From an uncultured Bifidobacteriaceae bacterium (GTDB lineage Bacteria > Verrucomicrobiota > Verrucomicrobiia > Limisphaerales > UBA11358), in NCBI GenBank assembly GCA_964655855.1, contig CAZZPE010000004.1:18808-82807 (forward strand): DNA of 64,000 nucleotides, in the 5' to 3' direction. The notes under the pieces are model-generated. The model was not told the DNA's origin. It did no database searches and saw only the letters and a program-made list of their open reading frames with translations. The position numbers and the translations under genes are program-made. Shown here piece after piece: positions 9,826-19,787 of the stretch; position 1 is the stretch's first letter, and every line of letters starts with the position of its first letter.

Positions 9826-10818
9826 ATGGAACAAAAACGATTGGAAACCAAAGTCGGCCTGTTTGTGTTCGTGGGGCTGGCGCTGCTGGCCGTGCTGCTG
9901 ATCCAGTTCAGCAAGGGCACGAGCCTGTTCCACGGCACCTACAATTTGCAGCTGCACGCCTCGAACGTCGGCGGCCTTCAGGAGCGCGCCAAGGTCCTGC
10001 TCGCCGGCGTGCAGGTCGGCAGCGTCTCGGACATCAAGCTGTCCGATGACACCAAGAGCGTGACCATCCTGCTGAAGATTTACAACAACTTCAAAATTTA
10101 CGGCGACGCGCGGTTCGTGATCGAGCAATCCGGCTTTCTCGGCGACCAGTATGTGGCGATTGTTCCGACGGACAATCTGGGATCGTATCTGACCAACAAC
10201 GCCCCGGTGAATTGCGAGCCGCCGTTCAATTTGCAGGAGGTCGCGCGCTCGGCCGCCGGGTTCGTCAACCGGATTGACGACACCGCCCAGAAACTGGACG
10301 CGTCCATCACGGACCTGCGCCGCGTGGTGTTGAACGTGAACACGCTCACCAATTTCTCCATCACCATGAACAACATGCGGGCGGTATCCGAACAGGCGAT
10401 GGGCACGATGAACGGCATCAACGCCATCGTCGCCACCAACGGCTCACAGGTCAGCCTCGCCGTGAGCAACCTCCTTTTCTTTTCGCAGGAGCTGACGCGT
10501 CTGGCCGGTTCCGCCGACACCGTGCTGGCGACAAACGCCCCGGAAATCACCGCCTCCGTGAACAACATCAAATCCTCCACCGACACCCTCAAAAAAATCA
10601 TGGATGATTTGCAGTCCGGCCGGGGTCTCGCGGGCACCGTGCTGCAAAACCAGCAGCTGGCCACTAACGTGCAGGCCATCGCGGACAATCTGTCCGTGGC
10701 GTCAAGCAATTTGAACCGGCTCGGCCTGTGGGGTTTTCTCTGGCACAAGGAGGCATTGCCCACCAACGCGCCGCCGCACGCGCTCCAAACACCGCGCCAA
10801 TCGAACGAACTGCCATGA
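9826..10818 (+). CDS. mlaD: MlaD/MCE family protein
   Basis: N-terminal TM (ETKVGLFVFVG), MCE domain (VGGL..AKVLLAGVQVGSV), helical C-terminus. Confidence 0.88.
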   Translation: MEQKRLETKVGLFVFVGLALLAVLLIQFSKGTSLFHGTYNLQLHASNVGGLQERAKVLLAGVQVGSVSDIKLSDDTKSVTILLKIYNNFKIYGDARFVIEQSGFLGDQYVAIVPTDNLGSYLTNNAPVNCEPPFNLQEVARSAAGFVNRIDDTAQKLDASITDLRRVVLNVNTLTNFSITMNNMRAVSEQAMGTMNGINAIVATNGSQVSLAVSNLLFFSQELTRLAGSADTVLATNAPEITASVNNIKSSTDTLKKIMDDLQSGRGLAGTVLQNQQLATNVQAIADNLSVASSNLNRLGLWGFLWHKEALPTNAPPHALQTPRQSNELP

Positions 10819-11867
10819 AACCCATTTGGATCATCCGCATCCTGTTTTTGAGCCTGTGCATCGTGGCAGGCTACGCCATCAGCCAGGTGCGCCCGGAATT
10901 CGTCAACCTTCCCCACGCGGGCTTGTTCGGCATGCTCATCGGATTCGGGTTCGGCGGCCTGCTGATTGCCGTGGACGAAATGCTCAAGGGTTTTTCGCTC
11001 CGCGCTTTTTCCGCCATCACGTTCGGCCTGCTGCTGGGCACGCTGGTTGCGCTGCTCATTGACAATTCCGGACTGTTTGAGTTTGAAAACCCCGATGACC
11101 GGTCCCGCTGGCTCATCCGGCTGGGATTGTTTCTCAGCTTCGGCTACATCGGCATCATCCTCGCCATGCGCAGCAACAAGGAGGATTTTTCGCTCATCAT
11201 CCCCTACGTCCGATTCTCGCCGCAAAACAAGCCGGACAATCTGCTGCTGCTCGACACCAGCGTCATCATTGACGGGCGCATCGCCGACCTGATTGAGACG
11301 CACCTGCTCGAAGGCCTCATCATCGTTCCGCGCTTTGTGCTCCGGGAAATCCAGCAGATCGCCGACTCCGGCGACGCCATCAAGCGCGCCCGCGGACGGC
11401 GCGGCCTTGAAATGCTCAACCGCATCCAGCACAACCACAACATCGAGGTCCGCATCCACGACGGCGATTTTCCCGACGACAAGGAGGTGGATTCCAAGCT
11501 CGTCCGCCTCGCGCGCAATCTCAACGCCCGGCTGTTCACCAACGACTACAACCTCGGCAAGATTGCCGCGCTGCAAAAGGTCACCTGCATCAACCTCCAC
11601 GAAGTCTCCAAGTGTCTCAAGGTCATCTTCCTGCCCGGCGAAATCCTCCAGTTGAAAATCGTCCGCGAAGGCAAGGACAAGGGACAGGGCATCGGCTACA
11701 TGCCGGACGGCACCATGGTCGTCGTCAACAACGGCCAGTCACACGTCGGCCAGCAGGTCGAAGCCGAGGTTCAAACCCTGCTCCAGACCGGCGCGGGCAT
11801 CATCGTCTTCGCGGATGTGCGGAGCGCCACCGGCCCCAGGGCCGAAACCGCATTCGACGCCAAATGA
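10815..11867 (+). CDS. Membrane PIN/TRAM domain protein (YacL-like)
   Basis: N-terminal TMs, LLDTSVIIDGRI PIN motif, RGRRGLEML, GKDKGQGIGYMPDGTMVVV TRAM motif. Confidence 0.9.
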   Translation: MKPIWIIRILFLSLCIVAGYAISQVRPEFVNLPHAGLFGMLIGFGFGGLLIAVDEMLKGFSLRAFSAITFGLLLGTLVALLIDNSGLFEFENPDDRSRWLIRLGLFLSFGYIGIILAMRSNKEDFSLIIPYVRFSPQNKPDNLLLLDTSVIIDGRIADLIETHLLEGLIIVPRFVLREIQQIADSGDAIKRARGRRGLEMLNRIQHNHNIEVRIHDGDFPDDKEVDSKLVRLARNLNARLFTNDYNLGKIAALQKVTCINLHEVSKCLKVIFLPGEILQLKIVREGKDKGQGIGYMPDGTMVVVNNGQSHVGQQVEAEVQTLLQTGAGIIVFADVRSATGPRAETAFDAK

Positions 11868-12010
11868 ACCCGAAAAACCGGATCCCGCGCGCCGGCGCGC
11901 CGACATGAGTCTGGATCGAAGCCTGAACCGCAACAAAACTTGAACATGGACTTCGCCACCGTCTTCACCGCCTTCACTCCCGCCGACGCCAAAGAATTTC
12001 TCAACGCCAA

Positions 12011-13387
12011 ATGACCCCCGCAAAAATCAAAATCCTCCGCCGGCTCAAAAAAACCCAGCCCGGCGAAATTTTTCTCGAACCCGCCACGCTCGAAAAATAC
12101 GCCGGCGACAAATGGTTCGCCGCGCACCAGCCCGACGCCGTCGCCCTGCCCCGCTCCACCGAAAGCGTCGCCGCGATTTTGAGGTTTGCGAATGAGCACC
12201 GGATTCCCGTCACGCCGCGCGGCGCCGGCCACGGCTACGTCGGCGGCTGCGTGCCCGTCCGCGGCGGCATCGTGCTCTCAATGGAGCGCATGAACCGCAT
12301 CCGGGAAATCAACGCCACGGATTTCGCCGCCGTCGTCCAGCCCGGCGTGAACACGAAAAAATTCCAGGAAGCCGTCGAGCGGCGCGGCCTGTTTTACCCG
12401 CCCGACCCCGCCAGCCGCGCGGACAACTTCATCGGCGGCAACATCGCCACCAACGCCGGTGGCCCGCGCTGCCTCAAATACGGCGTCACCCGCGATTACG
12501 TCCTCGGCCTCGAAGTCGTTTTGGCCAATGGCAACATCGTCCGGCTCGGCGGGCGCACGCACAAAAACAAGACCGGCTTTGATTTGCACCGCCTGTTCGT
12601 CGGCTCGGAGGGCTTGCTCGGCGTCATCACCGAGGCGACCTTGAAACTCATTCCGCTTCCGCCGTTCCGCGCCAACCTCGCCGTCGGTTTCAACTCCATG
12701 AACTCCGCCGTCCGCGCGTTGCAATCCATCTTTGCCGCCGGATATCTGCCCTGCGCCGCCGAACTGGCGGACGAATTCACCCTCGCCGCCGCCGCCAAGC
12801 GAACGAAAAGCAAGCGCCTGCTCGGCTGCCGGGCGCATCTCATTTGCGAGCTGGACGGACAGGAAAATTCCGTGCGCCATGAAATCGCCGCCGTGGAAAA
12901 AATTGTCCACACACAAAAGCCGCTGTTCGTCGAGCGCGGTTTTGGTGCCGGGGAATGCGAGGCCGTCTGGCAAATCCGCCGCGAATTTTCCTACGCGCTG
13001 CGCGACACCGGCCTCACGAAATTGAACGAGGACATTGTCGTGCCGCGCGGCAGGCTGGAGGCGCTTTTCAAGTTCGCCGCGGCGCTGCGGAAAAAGCACG
13101 GCATGCCCGTCGCCTGCTTCGGCCATGCCGGCGACGGCAACATCCACACGAACGTCATGGTGGATTACACGCAGCCCGGCGCCAAAGAGCGCGCCGAAAA
13201 ATGCCTCGACGAACTTTTCCGCTGGGTGATTGCCTCCGGCGGCGCCATCACCGGCGAACACGGCATCGGCCTGGCCAAGCAACGCTGGTGGCCGCAGGCG
13301 GTTTCCAAGGAATCGCACGAGCTTCACCGCGTCGTCAAAAAAGCGCTCGACCCCAAGGGCATTTTGAATCCCGGCAAGTTTGTGTAG
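12011..13387 (+). CDS. FAD-linked oxidase, GlcD/D-lactate dehydrogenase family
   Basis: PRGAGHGYVGG, GGNIATNAGG, GSEGLLGVITE, HAGDGNIH, GEHGIG. Confidence 0.9.
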   Translation: MTPAKIKILRRLKKTQPGEIFLEPATLEKYAGDKWFAAHQPDAVALPRSTESVAAILRFANEHRIPVTPRGAGHGYVGGCVPVRGGIVLSMERMNRIREINATDFAAVVQPGVNTKKFQEAVERRGLFYPPDPASRADNFIGGNIATNAGGPRCLKYGVTRDYVLGLEVVLANGNIVRLGGRTHKNKTGFDLHRLFVGSEGLLGVITEATLKLIPLPPFRANLAVGFNSMNSAVRALQSIFAAGYLPCAAELADEFTLAAAAKRTKSKRLLGCRAHLICELDGQENSVRHEIAAVEKIVHTQKPLFVERGFGAGECEAVWQIRREFSYALRDTGLTKLNEDIVVPRGRLEALFKFAAALRKKHGMPVACFGHAGDGNIHTNVMVDYTQPGAKERAEKCLDELFRWVIASGGAITGEHGIGLAKQRWWPQAVSKESHELHRVVKKALDPKGILNPGKFV

Positions 13388-13434
13388 CGTCGAGGCTGTG
13401 CCTCGACCGATTGAGCCGCAGGCTCAACGCTACA
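13383..13434. repeat. GTAG-type REP-like doublet between convergent genes
   Basis: TGTAGCGTCGAGGCTGTGCCTCGAC..TTGAGCCGCAGGCTCAACGCTACA: terminal inverted TGTAGCG/CGCTACA and two internal hairpins. Its TAG is the oxidase stop. Confidence 0.8.
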
Positions 13435-13439
13435 CCAAA

Positions 13440-15767
13440 TTACTTCACCAGTTCAAAATCCGCCGGCTTGCCGGAGGCGGAATCCCCGGCAATCCATAAC
13501 TGGTATTTGCCCGGCTCGACAATCCATCGGCCTTTCGCGTCGTAGCAGCCGAGGTCGTGCGCCGGCAGCGCGAAGTTCACCGTGCGCGACTCGCCCGGCT
13601 GGAGCAGGATTCTCTGAAATCCCTTCAGCTCGCGCACGGGCCGCGGCCCGGCCGAGCACGCGAGATCGCGCAGGTAAAGCTCCGCCACCGCCGGGCCGGC
13701 GCGCGCGCCGGTGTTCCTGATTTCCACGCTTGCGGAAATGCTGCCCTTCAATGAAATTGCATTCGTCGCCAGGCTGACCGGGCTGAATTCAAACGTGGTG
13801 TAAGCCAGTCCGAAGCCGAAGGGATAAAGCGGCGTGGTCGGGCCATCCACATAGTTGCCCTTGTAGTCGCCGACGCCGGGCCGGCCGGTGTTGGCGTGGT
13901 TGTAGTAAATCGGCACCTGCCCGACGCTGTTGGGAAACGTGGTGGTGAGCCTGCCCGCCGGATCAACGTCGCCAAACAGCACGTCGGCCACGCCGTTGCC
14001 GCCCTGCACGCCGGGAAACCAAGCCTCCAGAATTGCCGCGGCCTTTTTCTGGATTTCCGGCAAGGCCAGCGGCCGGCCGTTGAACAAAACGACGATGACC
14101 GGTTTTCCCGTGGCGGCGACGGCGTCGAACAATTCCTGCTGCCGCCCGGACAGTCCGAGGGTGCTGCGGCTGCCGTCCTCGCCGCTCCAGTCGCGCGGCT
14201 CGCCCAGCGCCATCACCACCACGTCCGCCGCGCCCGCCACGGCCACGGCATCGGCAATTTCATTGGCACCGGTGGGCTGCTCCTTGATTTCGCCGGAAGC
14301 ATCAAGCGGGCGGCGGCCCCTGCCGTTTTCGGCGATGGCGCAGCCGCGCGCAACAGTCAATTGAGCGCCGCTGGGAAGTTTGGCGCGGATGCCGGCGGCC
14401 AGAGAAACGATGTCGCGGGTGTGTGCGCGGGAATACCACGGGCCGACAAGTTCTCCGGCGTCCTCCGTGAACGGCCCGATGAGCGCGATTTTTTTTGCCT
14501 CCTTCGAAACCGGCAGCGCGCCATTTTCATTTTTCAACAGCACACAGGATTCGGCGGCGGCCTCGCGCGCCAAAGCGATGGCATCCGGCCGGAGAAATGC
14601 CGTCTGGCAGCGCGCCTCGTCCGTGTAGGGACGATCGAAAAGTCCTTTTTCAAACTTCACCGTCAGCACCCGGCGCACCGCCTCATCCAAAACTTTTTCG
14701 GAAATTTTCCCGGCCTTCACCTGCTGCGCCAGCGTGTCAGGATAAGTCGCGGAAACCATTTCCATGTCCACGCCCGCCGTGATGGCCAGCCGCGCGGCCT
14801 CGGTGTCATCCGCCGCAACGCCGTGGTCCACCAGCTCGCCGACCGCCGCCCAGTCGCTGACGACGTAGCCGGGAAAATGCCACTGGCCGCGCAGAATTTC
14901 CGTGAGTGTGTGGCGGTTGGCGCTGGCCGGCATGCCGGAAAGGTCGTTGAACGCGCTCATCACCGTCAGCGCGCCCGCGTCCACGCCGGCCTTGAACTGC
15001 GGCAGATAGAAATTCCGCAGCGCGAACTCGGAAATTTCCGTCGTGTTGTAATCGCGTCCGCCCTCCGCCGCGCCGTAACCGACATAATGTTTCAGGCAGG
15101 CGACGACGCGATCCGCGTCGGCGACGTTCGTTCCCTGAAATCCGCGCACACTGGCCGCCGCGTCAAGCGCGCCGAGCCAGGGGTCTTCGCCGAATCCCTC
15201 GGCGATGCGGCCCCAGCGCGGGTCGCGCGCCAGGTCCAACATCGGCGCAAACACCCAGTCAATGCCCCCCGCCGCCGCTTCGCGCGCGGCAATCGCCTGC
15301 GTGCGCTGGAACAAATCCGGCTCCCACGCGCACGCCTGCGCGAGCGAAATTGGAAAAATTGTGCGGAAGCCGTGAATGACGTCATGCCCGAAAATCAGCG
15401 GAATGCCGAGGCGGCTTTGCTCGACGGCGATGTGCTGCAGCCTGTTCCGCATCACGGGATTTTCGATCAGCGCCGAGCTGTCGAGAAATGAACCCACTTC
15501 GCCGCGCTTCAATTTGTCGGCGTATCTCCCGTCCGGATTGTCGCCGTAATTCACCTGCCAGAGCTGGCCGATTTTTTCGTCGAGCGTCATCCGCTGGAGC
15601 AAATCGTTCACGCGTTGGACGACCGGCCGTGACGGGTCTTCGTAGGCGTCCTTCTTTCCGTTCTTGTCGAGGTCAATCCAGCCGGCACGATAGATGGAAT
15701 TGGAATCCACCGCCGCCGCAACGAACGCGAACAACAGCAATCCGGCCACGGTTAGAAAAAATTTCAT
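13440..15767 (-). CDS. Periplasmic GH3 beta-glucosidase (BglX-like)
   Basis: Signal peptide; GHDVIHG, WGRIAEGFGEDP, KHYVGYG, VSDW; C-terminal Fn3-like domain. Confidence 0.92.
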   Translation of the reverse strand: MKFFLTVAGLLLFAFVAAAVDSNSIYRAGWIDLDKNGKKDAYEDPSRPVVQRVNDLLQRMTLDEKIGQLWQVNYGDNPDGRYADKLKRGEVGSFLDSSALIENPVMRNRLQHIAVEQSRLGIPLIFGHDVIHGFRTIFPISLAQACAWEPDLFQRTQAIAAREAAAGGIDWVFAPMLDLARDPRWGRIAEGFGEDPWLGALDAAASVRGFQGTNVADADRVVACLKHYVGYGAAEGGRDYNTTEISEFALRNFYLPQFKAGVDAGALTVMSAFNDLSGMPASANRHTLTEILRGQWHFPGYVVSDWAAVGELVDHGVAADDTEAARLAITAGVDMEMVSATYPDTLAQQVKAGKISEKVLDEAVRRVLTVKFEKGLFDRPYTDEARCQTAFLRPDAIALAREAAAESCVLLKNENGALPVSKEAKKIALIGPFTEDAGELVGPWYSRAHTRDIVSLAAGIRAKLPSGAQLTVARGCAIAENGRGRRPLDASGEIKEQPTGANEIADAVAVAGAADVVVMALGEPRDWSGEDGSRSTLGLSGRQQELFDAVAATGKPVIVVLFNGRPLALPEIQKKAAAILEAWFPGVQGGNGVADVLFGDVDPAGRLTTTFPNSVGQVPIYYNHANTGRPGVGDYKGNYVDGPTTPLYPFGFGLAYTTFEFSPVSLATNAISLKGSISASVEIRNTGARAGPAVAELYLRDLACSAGPRPVRELKGFQRILLQPGESRTVNFALPAHDLGCYDAKGRWIVEPGKYQLWIAGDSASGKPADFELVK

Positions 15768-15830
15768 GCGCGCAAAATTTGGAGGGAAACCAAGTTGAAT
15801 TCAAAGACTATTTCGCGCAAAGACGTAAAT

Positions 15831-15903
15831 GGCATGGCGCGTCGCTCCGTGCGCGCCGTCGCTGCAATCGGACGGACGGCGGGCGGAGGACTGCCCGCCT
15901 ACC
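15831..15903. repeat. GTAG-type REP-like doublet (family B)
   Basis: GCATGGCGCGTCGCTCCGTGCGCGCC and GGCGGGCGGAGGACTGCCCGCCTACC; reverse-orientation relative of 41230-41308. Supplies the rsmI TAG. Confidence 0.85.
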
Positions 15904-16600
15904 CTGCTGCGCCGTCAACCAGCACCACGAACTCGCCTTTCAGGCTGCGTTTCCGGGCGATTTCCAGCAGCTCCGCCGGTTTGCCGCGCAGAAATTCCTC
16001 GAACTTCTTCGTCAGCTCGCGCGCCAGAACGACCTGGCGTTCGGGGAACACCTCGTTCAGCTCGCTCAGCAGTTTTTCGATGCGATACGGCGATTCGTAG
16101 AAAACCAGCGTGCCGGAAACGGGCTTGAGCGATTCCAACCGGTTCCGCCGCTGGCCGGATTTGTGCGGCAAAAAACCGATGAAATGAAATTCGTCCGCCG
16201 GCAACCCGCTCGCCGTCAGCCCGGCGACGAGCGCACACGCGCCAGGCACGGCCTCGACGCGAAAACCGGCGGCGATGGCGGCCTTGACGACGCGCTCGCC
16301 CGGATCGCTGATGCCGGGACTGCCGGCGTCGGTGACGAGCGCGATTTTTTCACCGCGCCGGAGACGCTCGATGATTTCCTCGCTGCGCTTGGCTTCGTTG
16401 AACTGGAAATAGCTCAAGAGCGGTTTGGAGATTTCGAAATGCTTGAGCAACTGCCCGGAGCGCCGCGTGTCCTCGGCAGCGACCACGTCGCACTCGCGCA
16501 GGACGCGCAGCGCGCGAAGAGTGATATCCTCCAGGTTGCCAATCGGCGTGGCGACGAGGTAAAGCGTGCTGGCAGTGAGCGGCGGCAGTGCGGCGTCCAT
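15899..16600 (-). CDS. rsmI: 16S rRNA (cytidine1402-2'-O)-methyltransferase
   Basis: LYLVATPIGNLEDITLRA, AAEDTR, VTDAGSPGISDPG, RELTKKFEE. Confidence 0.95.
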   Translation of the reverse strand: MDAALPPLTASTLYLVATPIGNLEDITLRALRVLRECDVVAAEDTRRSGQLLKHFEISKPLLSYFQFNEAKRSEEIIERLRRGEKIALVTDAGSPGISDPGERVVKAAIAAGFRVEAVPGACALVAGLTASGLPADEFHFIGFLPHKSGQRRNRLESLKPVSGTLVFYESPYRIEKLLSELNEVFPERQVVLARELTKKFEEFLRGKPAELLEIARKRSLKGEFVVLVDGAAG

Positions 16601-16848
16601 GTCCCGACTTAAACAGAAATCCGGCGTGAAATAAACCGGATTCGGCGACGAACAGACGCCCGATTGTCCGTGAAGCGCATCACTGCGGCATGGAAGCCCG
16701 ATGGAAAACGGCAGGTTCAGGGGAAATCAAGCCGCACCGCCGGCATCAACCTGTCCGAAAAACCTTGTCAGATTCCACGCGCGGGAGTATTCCGCAGCCC
16801 AGACCATCAAATGGAAAATGCAGCGGAGTTAACATCAACCGAATGATT

Positions 16849-18294
16849 ATGAAAAAACTGATTCCAATCCTCCTGATCGCCGGCTTGCTGTCGTCTGTCA
16901 TTGCCACGGCCCAGCCCGCGCTCACCATCTACAACCAGAACTTTGCCGTCGTGCGCGACTCCGTGCCGCTCGACCTTCAGACCGGCGTGAACACCGTCCG
17001 CTACGCCGGCGCCACGGCGCAGGTCGAGCCGGATTCGGTCATCCTGCGCGACCCAACCGGAGAACATTCGCTGCAAATTCTGGAACAAAATTACCGCAAC
17101 GACCCGGTGTCGCAGGAACTGCTTCTGTCGCTCTTCGAGGGCAAGACGATTGATTTTGAAAATCTGCGGCTGAAGGACAACACGCAGACGCGCGAAGTCA
17201 TTCCCGGCAAAATCATCCGCAGCGGTTACGTTCCCGGCGGCGAGGCGCAGGCGCCCATCATTGAGGTGAACGGCAAGCTGCAGTTCAGCCTGCCGGGCGA
17301 GCCGCGGTTTCCCGACCTCGGCGATGACACGGTGCTCAAACCCGCCTTCAACTGGCTGCTGCAATCCGACAAGCCGGGCAAGTTCGACGCCGAGGTCGGC
17401 TATGTCACCGGCGGCTTCGACTGGAGCGCCAGCTACAATCTCGTCTCGCCGGAAAAAGGCGACAACGTGGATCTCGTCGGCTGGATCACGATGAACAACA
17501 ACAGCGGCAAGACATTTGAAAATGCCAAAATCAAACTGATGGCCGGCGACGTGAACAAAATCCAGCCACAAAACCGTGCATTTGCCATTGGTGGAGCAAT
17601 TCGGACATTGAATGGATTCGCCGAAGCCGCTCCCGCCGTCACCGAAAAAGCCTTTGACGAGTTTCATCTTTACGACATTGCCCGCCCGACGACGCTTCAC
17701 GACCACGAGACGAAGCAGGTTGAATTCGTCCACGCCGAGAAAATGTTTGCCCCGACGATTTACGTTTATGACGGCGCATCCGATTATCGTTTTTACGGCG
17801 GGTTGAATTACGACCAGGGCTGGGGCCAGTCGGGAAACAAAAAGGTCCTCGTCCAGCGCGAGTTCGTGAACGCGGAGACGAACCAGCTCGGCGTCGCGCT
17901 GCCGGCGGGCAAGCTGCGCTTCTATCGCCGCGACAGCGACGGGCAGTTGCAATTCGTCGGCGAGAACACCATTGACCACACCCCGCGCAACGAGACCGTC
18001 CGCGTGACCACCGGCAACGCCTTCGACCTCGTCGGCGAGCGCAAGCAGACCAGTTTCCGCGTGGACACCGGCGACAAATGGATTGACGAGTCGTTCGAAA
18101 TCAAGCTGCGCAACCGCAAGAAGGAGCCGGTGGAAATCCGCGTGGTCGAACACCTCTACCGCTGGAGCAACTGGGACATCACCGCCAAGTCCGACGACTT
18201 CGTGAAGAAGGATTCGCAGACGGTGGAATTCAGCATTCCGGTCAAGCCCGACGAGGAACGCACGGTGACCTATTCCGTGCATTATTCGTGGTGA
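16849..18294 (+). CDS. Secreted DUF4139-family protein
   Basis: Signal peptide, ALTIYNQNFAVVRD N-terminus, C-terminal LPAGKLRFYRRD..TIDHTP and beta-sandwich typical of DUF4139. Confidence 0.75.
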   Translation: MKKLIPILLIAGLLSSVIATAQPALTIYNQNFAVVRDSVPLDLQTGVNTVRYAGATAQVEPDSVILRDPTGEHSLQILEQNYRNDPVSQELLLSLFEGKTIDFENLRLKDNTQTREVIPGKIIRSGYVPGGEAQAPIIEVNGKLQFSLPGEPRFPDLGDDTVLKPAFNWLLQSDKPGKFDAEVGYVTGGFDWSASYNLVSPEKGDNVDLVGWITMNNNSGKTFENAKIKLMAGDVNKIQPQNRAFAIGGAIRTLNGFAEAAPAVTEKAFDEFHLYDIARPTTLHDHETKQVEFVHAEKMFAPTIYVYDGASDYRFYGGLNYDQGWGQSGNKKVLVQREFVNAETNQLGVALPAGKLRFYRRDSDGQLQFVGENTIDHTPRNETVRVTTGNAFDLVGERKQTSFRVDTGDKWIDESFEIKLRNRKKEPVEIRVVEHLYRWSNWDITAKSDDFVKKDSQTVEFSIPVKPDEERTVTYSVHYSW

Positions 18295-18424
18295 ATCCGT
18301 CCGCCAACGCTCCGGAAAATTGATTCGTCATCGGGTTGCCACCAAAGAAGCGCGCCACGCTGAACGAAACAGCGACCGGCGGCTCAACGCGGCGCAGAGG
18401 AATTGAGATTTCCTTGCTGGATTT

Positions 18425-19735
18425 TTATGGCCCGGTGATGGTGATCTGGGCGTTGGTGCTGGAAATTTGGTTCACACCGTCCGGAGTGGTGATTTGGGTG
18501 TCCACCAACCGCACGCCCCGCGCGTTGAAGATACCAAACGGTTTGTCGGCGGTGATGTTGACCCGCTCCAGCAACACGTTGGTGATGTTCATTTCCGGCA
18601 GTCCCCAAATCAATCCCGCCCGTCTTCCGGCTTGCGCCGTGGCGGTGATGTTGCTGAAGGTGATATTGGCATAAATCGGCGTGCGCGACCCGATGGCTGC
18701 GGCCGGATAACCGGCGGCGATGGCGGGCGTGAGGCTGTTCAGCAGGCGATACTCGCGGTTGGTGGCCATGTAGCTGGCGTAAATCAAAATCGGGCATCCC
18801 ACATTGGTCATGCCCAGGTTCAAGTAGGAAAGGTTGTGCACGTAACCGCCACGGTCGCGGTCGGATTTGATGCGGATGCCGCTCTCGGTGTTGTTGAAGG
18901 TGCAGTTGATGACGGTGATGTTCGACACGCCGCCGGCGGTTCCGCTGCCGATGGATACGCCGTGGCCGAAGCCGTAGGTGCAGTTGGTGATGAGCACGTC
19001 CGAGGTGCCGCCGCCGCAGGTGAAGTTGTCGTCGCCCACGCTCACATCGCAATTCTCGATCAAAACATTCCTGCCGCTCACGTCACAGGCATCGGTGTTG
19101 TGCCCGGGATGGAGCGGATCGGTCGAGGGATTGGCGCGGATGGTCACGCCGCGAACGGTGACATTCTCCGAGTGGCCGGAGATGGCGATGTGAAACATCG
19201 GCGAATTGGAAAGCGTGACGCTCTCGATCAGAATGCGGTCGCACGCCGACAGCGCAATCATTCGCGGCCGCCGCGCGCCCTTCACATCCGCATACGGCCA
19301 CCAGGGAATGCCCTGGCCGTCAATCATGCCCGAACCGCTGATGACAACGTCGTGCAGTTGCGCACCGCCGATGAAGTTCGCCGGGGCGTCAGTGCCGCCG
19401 GGATATTTGTCCAGCGGCAGCATCCGCAGCACCGCGCCGGCGTCCAGATGCAAATTGATGCGGCTGGCCAACTGGATGGGACCGCTCAAAAAAATTCCCG
19501 CCGGCACTTCGACCGTTCCGCCGCCGGCAAGGTCTGCGGCGTTGAGGGCGGCTTGAATGGCTGCGGTGTTTGTCGTCACGCCATCCCCGGCCGCGCCGTA
19601 ATTCACGATGTTGAAACTTCCGTCAGGAATGACCGGCAGCGCGGGATTGACGGTTGATTGGGCATTTGCGCCCAAGGAGGCAAATCCAATCAAACCCGCC
19701 AGGACAATCACGAGTGAATTTCGAGAAGTGTGCAT
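18425..19735 (-). CDS. GH28 polygalacturonase-like glycoside hydrolase
   Basis: Signal peptide; NTDACD, GDDN, GHGVSIGS and RIKS motifs of GH28. Confidence 0.9.
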   Translation of the reverse strand: MHTSRNSLVIVLAGLIGFASLGANAQSTVNPALPVIPDGSFNIVNYGAAGDGVTTNTAAIQAALNAADLAGGGTVEVPAGIFLSGPIQLASRINLHLDAGAVLRMLPLDKYPGGTDAPANFIGGAQLHDVVISGSGMIDGQGIPWWPYADVKGARRPRMIALSACDRILIESVTLSNSPMFHIAISGHSENVTVRGVTIRANPSTDPLHPGHNTDACDVSGRNVLIENCDVSVGDDNFTCGGGTSDVLITNCTYGFGHGVSIGSGTAGGVSNITVINCTFNNTESGIRIKSDRDRGGYVHNLSYLNLGMTNVGCPILIYASYMATNREYRLLNSLTPAIAAGYPAAAIGSRTPIYANITFSNITATAQAGRRAGLIWGLPEMNITNVLLERVNITADKPFGIFNARGVRLVDTQITTPDGVNQISSTNAQITITGP

Positions 19736-19787
19736 GAAAGAGTTATTGCAGAATGACGCTTAATTGCAATGCCGCTCTGCCATCGGC

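Noticed and set aside
16601-16848. Possible ncRNA in the rsmI-DUF4139 intergenic region
   Set aside because: No recognisable family or strong structure; the length fits two divergent promoters.
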